NCBI GenBank assembly: GCA_029858565.1
Contig: JAOUEV010000060.1
Span: 1-19,008 of the forward strand
Direction of reading: 5' to 3'
Length of the DNA: 19,008 bases
From: Nitrospirota bacterium
Lineage (GTDB): Bacteria; Nitrospirota; UBA9217
The translations under genes and the position numbers were made by a program. Positions 17,406 to 19,008 of this stretch are shown piece by piece (the first letter of the stretch is position 1; each line of letters begins with the position of its first letter). The notes below the pieces were generated by a model. That model saw only the letters and a program-made list of their open reading frames with translations, was not told the DNA's origin and searched no databases.

Positions 17406-17434
17406 ACTATAGCATGGCACTGCACCAGTGTAAA
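17406..17434 (-). promoter_or_regulatory. Sigma70-type promoter for the bamA-lpx-LPS cluster
   Basis: Minus strand reads TTTACA (17434-17429, 5/6 match to TTGACA), a 17-nt spacer ending TGC, then TATAGT (17411-17406, 5/6 match to TATAAT, with extended -10 TGn). A T-tract lies immediately upstream. It fills the hemW-bamA gap. Confidence 0.7.
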
Positions 17435-17440
17435 CAAAAA

Positions 17441-18571
17441 TCATGAAACAATGCGCGCAACAGCATCGTTCGAGAGCAATCTGCCGCGATGAGTAAGGCG
17501 AACCGACCTACCATCGATCGAAAAGAAGCCTGTCCAGTCAAGACGGTGAACCCTTTCGAGCAAACGGTCCCTCATCTTTTCACCGAACCGGGATGCCACT
17601 GTATCTTGGTCCACACCACAGCTCAGCCGGAGACCCAGCGCAAGGTATTCAAGGAAAGATTCATCCTTGCTCGGGATTTCCTCGAACTGGTATGCCTGTC
17701 CCCCGGTCTCGATCCTTGAAAGATAGGAGCCAATATCCGCGATATTCATGGTCCTCTTCCCGTTGAGAAAAGACCATGCAGCAGGGCCTAATCCCAGATA
17801 TTCGCCACGCTGCCAGTAGTTCAGATTATGGCGACACGCAAAAGAAGGCAGGCTGAAGTTCGAAATTTCATAGTGCTGGTATCCCTTCTGTTCCAAGATC
17901 TCTATTGCTTCCTGGTACTGCTGAACGACCAGATCATCATCTGGCAGAACAAGGGTCCCCTCTTCGTGTTCGCGACGAAGCATCGATCCTTCATCCAGTG
18001 AGAGACTATATGCCGCTATATGTTCAGGAATGAAGTCTATCGCTTTTTTGATGGTGTCACACCAGGTTTGCGTCGTTAGACCGGGAATGCCATAAATAAG
18101 ATCGATATTGATATTGCTGAATCCGTGAGACCTTGATAGCGCAAGTGCGTCTTGAGCTTGCTGGGCTGAATGCGGTCGTCTTAACCATCGGAGAACGGCA
18201 TCTGAAAAGGATTGCACCCCGATACTCAGTCTATTGACACCCTGGTCCTTCAATAGTCCGAGAACTTCTTTGGATAGCGAGTCCGGATTCGTTTCCACGG
18301 TTATCTCGATATTCGGTTCGAGACGCATTGCGGAGCGGATGACGGCAAACAGTTCTTCCAACTGTGCAGGAGAAAGGATCGATGGCGTCCCTCCGCCAAG
18401 ATATATCGTTGCGACAGGTGTTGGGCCAAGTTTTGGCACATAGGCCGTGAGCTCCCTTTTTAAGGCTTTCAGGTACAGATCCGCAACAACGGGATCATAG
18501 GGTGTGGAATAAAATCCACAGTACCTGCACTTAGCTCTGCAGAATGGAATATGAATATAAAGTGATAACAT
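17441..18571 (-). CDS. hemW: Radical SAM family heme chaperone HemW (HemN-like)
   Basis: LYIHIPFCRAKCRYCGF (CxxxCxxC), YLGGGTPS, E.NP, NRLSIGVQSF, DLIYGIP, YEISNF and HNLNYW (HNxxYW, characteristic of HemW). At 376 aa it lacks the N-terminal extension of true HemN. Confidence 0.93.
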   Translation of the reverse strand: MLSLYIHIPFCRAKCRYCGFYSTPYDPVVADLYLKALKRELTAYVPKLGPTPVATIYLGGGTPSILSPAQLEELFAVIRSAMRLEPNIEITVETNPDSLSKEVLGLLKDQGVNRLSIGVQSFSDAVLRWLRRPHSAQQAQDALALSRSHGFSNINIDLIYGIPGLTTQTWCDTIKKAIDFIPEHIAAYSLSLDEGSMLRREHEEGTLVLPDDDLVVQQYQEAIEILEQKGYQHYEISNFSLPSFACRHNLNYWQRGEYLGLGPAAWSFLNGKRTMNIADIGSYLSRIETGGQAYQFEEIPSKDESFLEYLALGLRLSCGVDQDTVASRFGEKMRDRLLERVHRLDWTGFFSIDGRSVRLTHRGRLLSNDAVARIVS

Positions 18572-18630
18572 GTTGATTTGTAATGGTTTGTTTATAATAT
18601 TAGCCTGACGATGAAGAAGAGGATAATGGC

Positions 18631-18676
18631 AAGAAAAGCAATAGTCGTGCCACAGGTGAATTAACTGCAGACGACT
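18631..18676 (-). terminator. Probable intrinsic terminator after the GNAT gene
   Basis: Minus-strand RNA starting 4 nt after the stop: AGUCGU-CUGCAG / loop UUAAUUCAC / CUGUGG-C-ACGACU, a 12-bp stem with two G-U pairs and one bulge, followed by AUUGCUUUUCUU. The G-U pairs form only in the minus orientation. The U-tract is interrupted. Confidence 0.55.
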
Positions 18677-18680
18677 GAAT

Positions 18681-19007
18681 TTAAACAGCGGAAGGTTGTA
18701 TGATCAAGGCAGTTTCATCGCAATTCGGGAACTTCACACAGTTCAGGCAATCAGTCCATATTTTGTGCGGTAGTTCCTTTTTATCAACAGGAGCAAAGCC
18801 CATTTTTCTGAAAAACGCCTCCTGATAGGTAAGCACAAAGACCTTGTCAGCACCAAGTTCTATCGCTTCCCGCAGGCAGTTCTTTACGAGTGCTGCCCCA
18901 ATCCCTTTTCCTGTATGGCCGCTCTTCACAGCGAGCGACCGTATCTCTGCAAGGCCGTCCCAGCTGATATGCAGCGCGCAGACACCTGTTATCATACCCG
19001 CCGGTTC
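18681..19007 (-). CDS. GNAT N-acetyltransferase, short ArgA-like (amino-acid N-acetyltransferase) type, partial: 5' end outside the window
   Basis: Motifs CALHISWDGLAEIRSLAV, GKGIG (acetyl-CoA binding), VFVLTY...FF...GF and LPHKIW.DC..C.KFP.CDE. The frame stays open upstream of ATG 18995 (..EPAG-M) to the edge. Confidence 0.85.
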   Translation of the reverse strand, partial: EPAGMITGVCALHISWDGLAEIRSLAVKSGHTGKGIGAALVKNCLREAIELGADKVFVLTYQEAFFRKMGFAPVDKKELPHKIWTDCLNCVKFPNCDETALIIQPSAV

Positions 19008-19008
19008 T

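Noticed and set aside
18573-18598. Plus-strand TTGATT...TATAAT, a possible antisense promoter toward the GNAT gene
   Set aside because: The spacer is only 14 nt and the TG is not in the extended -10 position. Such matches are expected in an AT-rich gap.
18715-18760. Cys motif DCLNCVKFPNCDE in the GNAT protein
   Set aside because: It is a regular feature of this short ArgA-like acetyltransferase family as I recall it, and is not specific to this locus.
1-19008. Search for tRNA/rRNA, riboswitches, CRISPR arrays, tandem repeats, IS ends, frameshifted genes and defence systems
   Set aside because: None were seen. Intergenic space is minimal (largest gap 109 nt) and all genes appear intact and in frame.

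Overview
One continuous run of minus-strand housekeeping genes from a Gram-negative bacterium. The gene set and order are reminiscent of Nitrospirota/Desulfobacterota, which is inference only. In transcription order (right to left) the genes are: a 5'-truncated ArgA-like GNAT acetyltransferase, an intrinsic terminator, hemW, and a good sigma70-type promoter. These are followed by a tightly packed envelope cluster of more than 17 kb: bamA-skp-lpxD-fabZ-lpxA-lpxI-gnnA-gnnB-lpxB-msbA-DUF374(lpxJ-like)-waaA-lpxK-gmhB-GT9 heptosyltransferase-GT2-GT4. The GT4 gene runs off the left edge and is missing from the ORF track. The most informative signal is a predicted non-E. coli lipid A. A GnnA/GnnB-like pair sits between lpxA/lpxI and lpxB, and LpxA carries a QDIGY motif, together suggesting a 2,3-diamino-glucose (GlcN3N) backbone. 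LpxI takes the place of LpxH, a DUF374/LpxJ-type late acyltransferase is present, and the acyl-chain ruler positions are glycine. I found no RNA genes, mobile elements, CRISPR arrays or defence systems. All components belong to known families, so I cannot support a wholly new system; any novelty lies in the combination and lineage.
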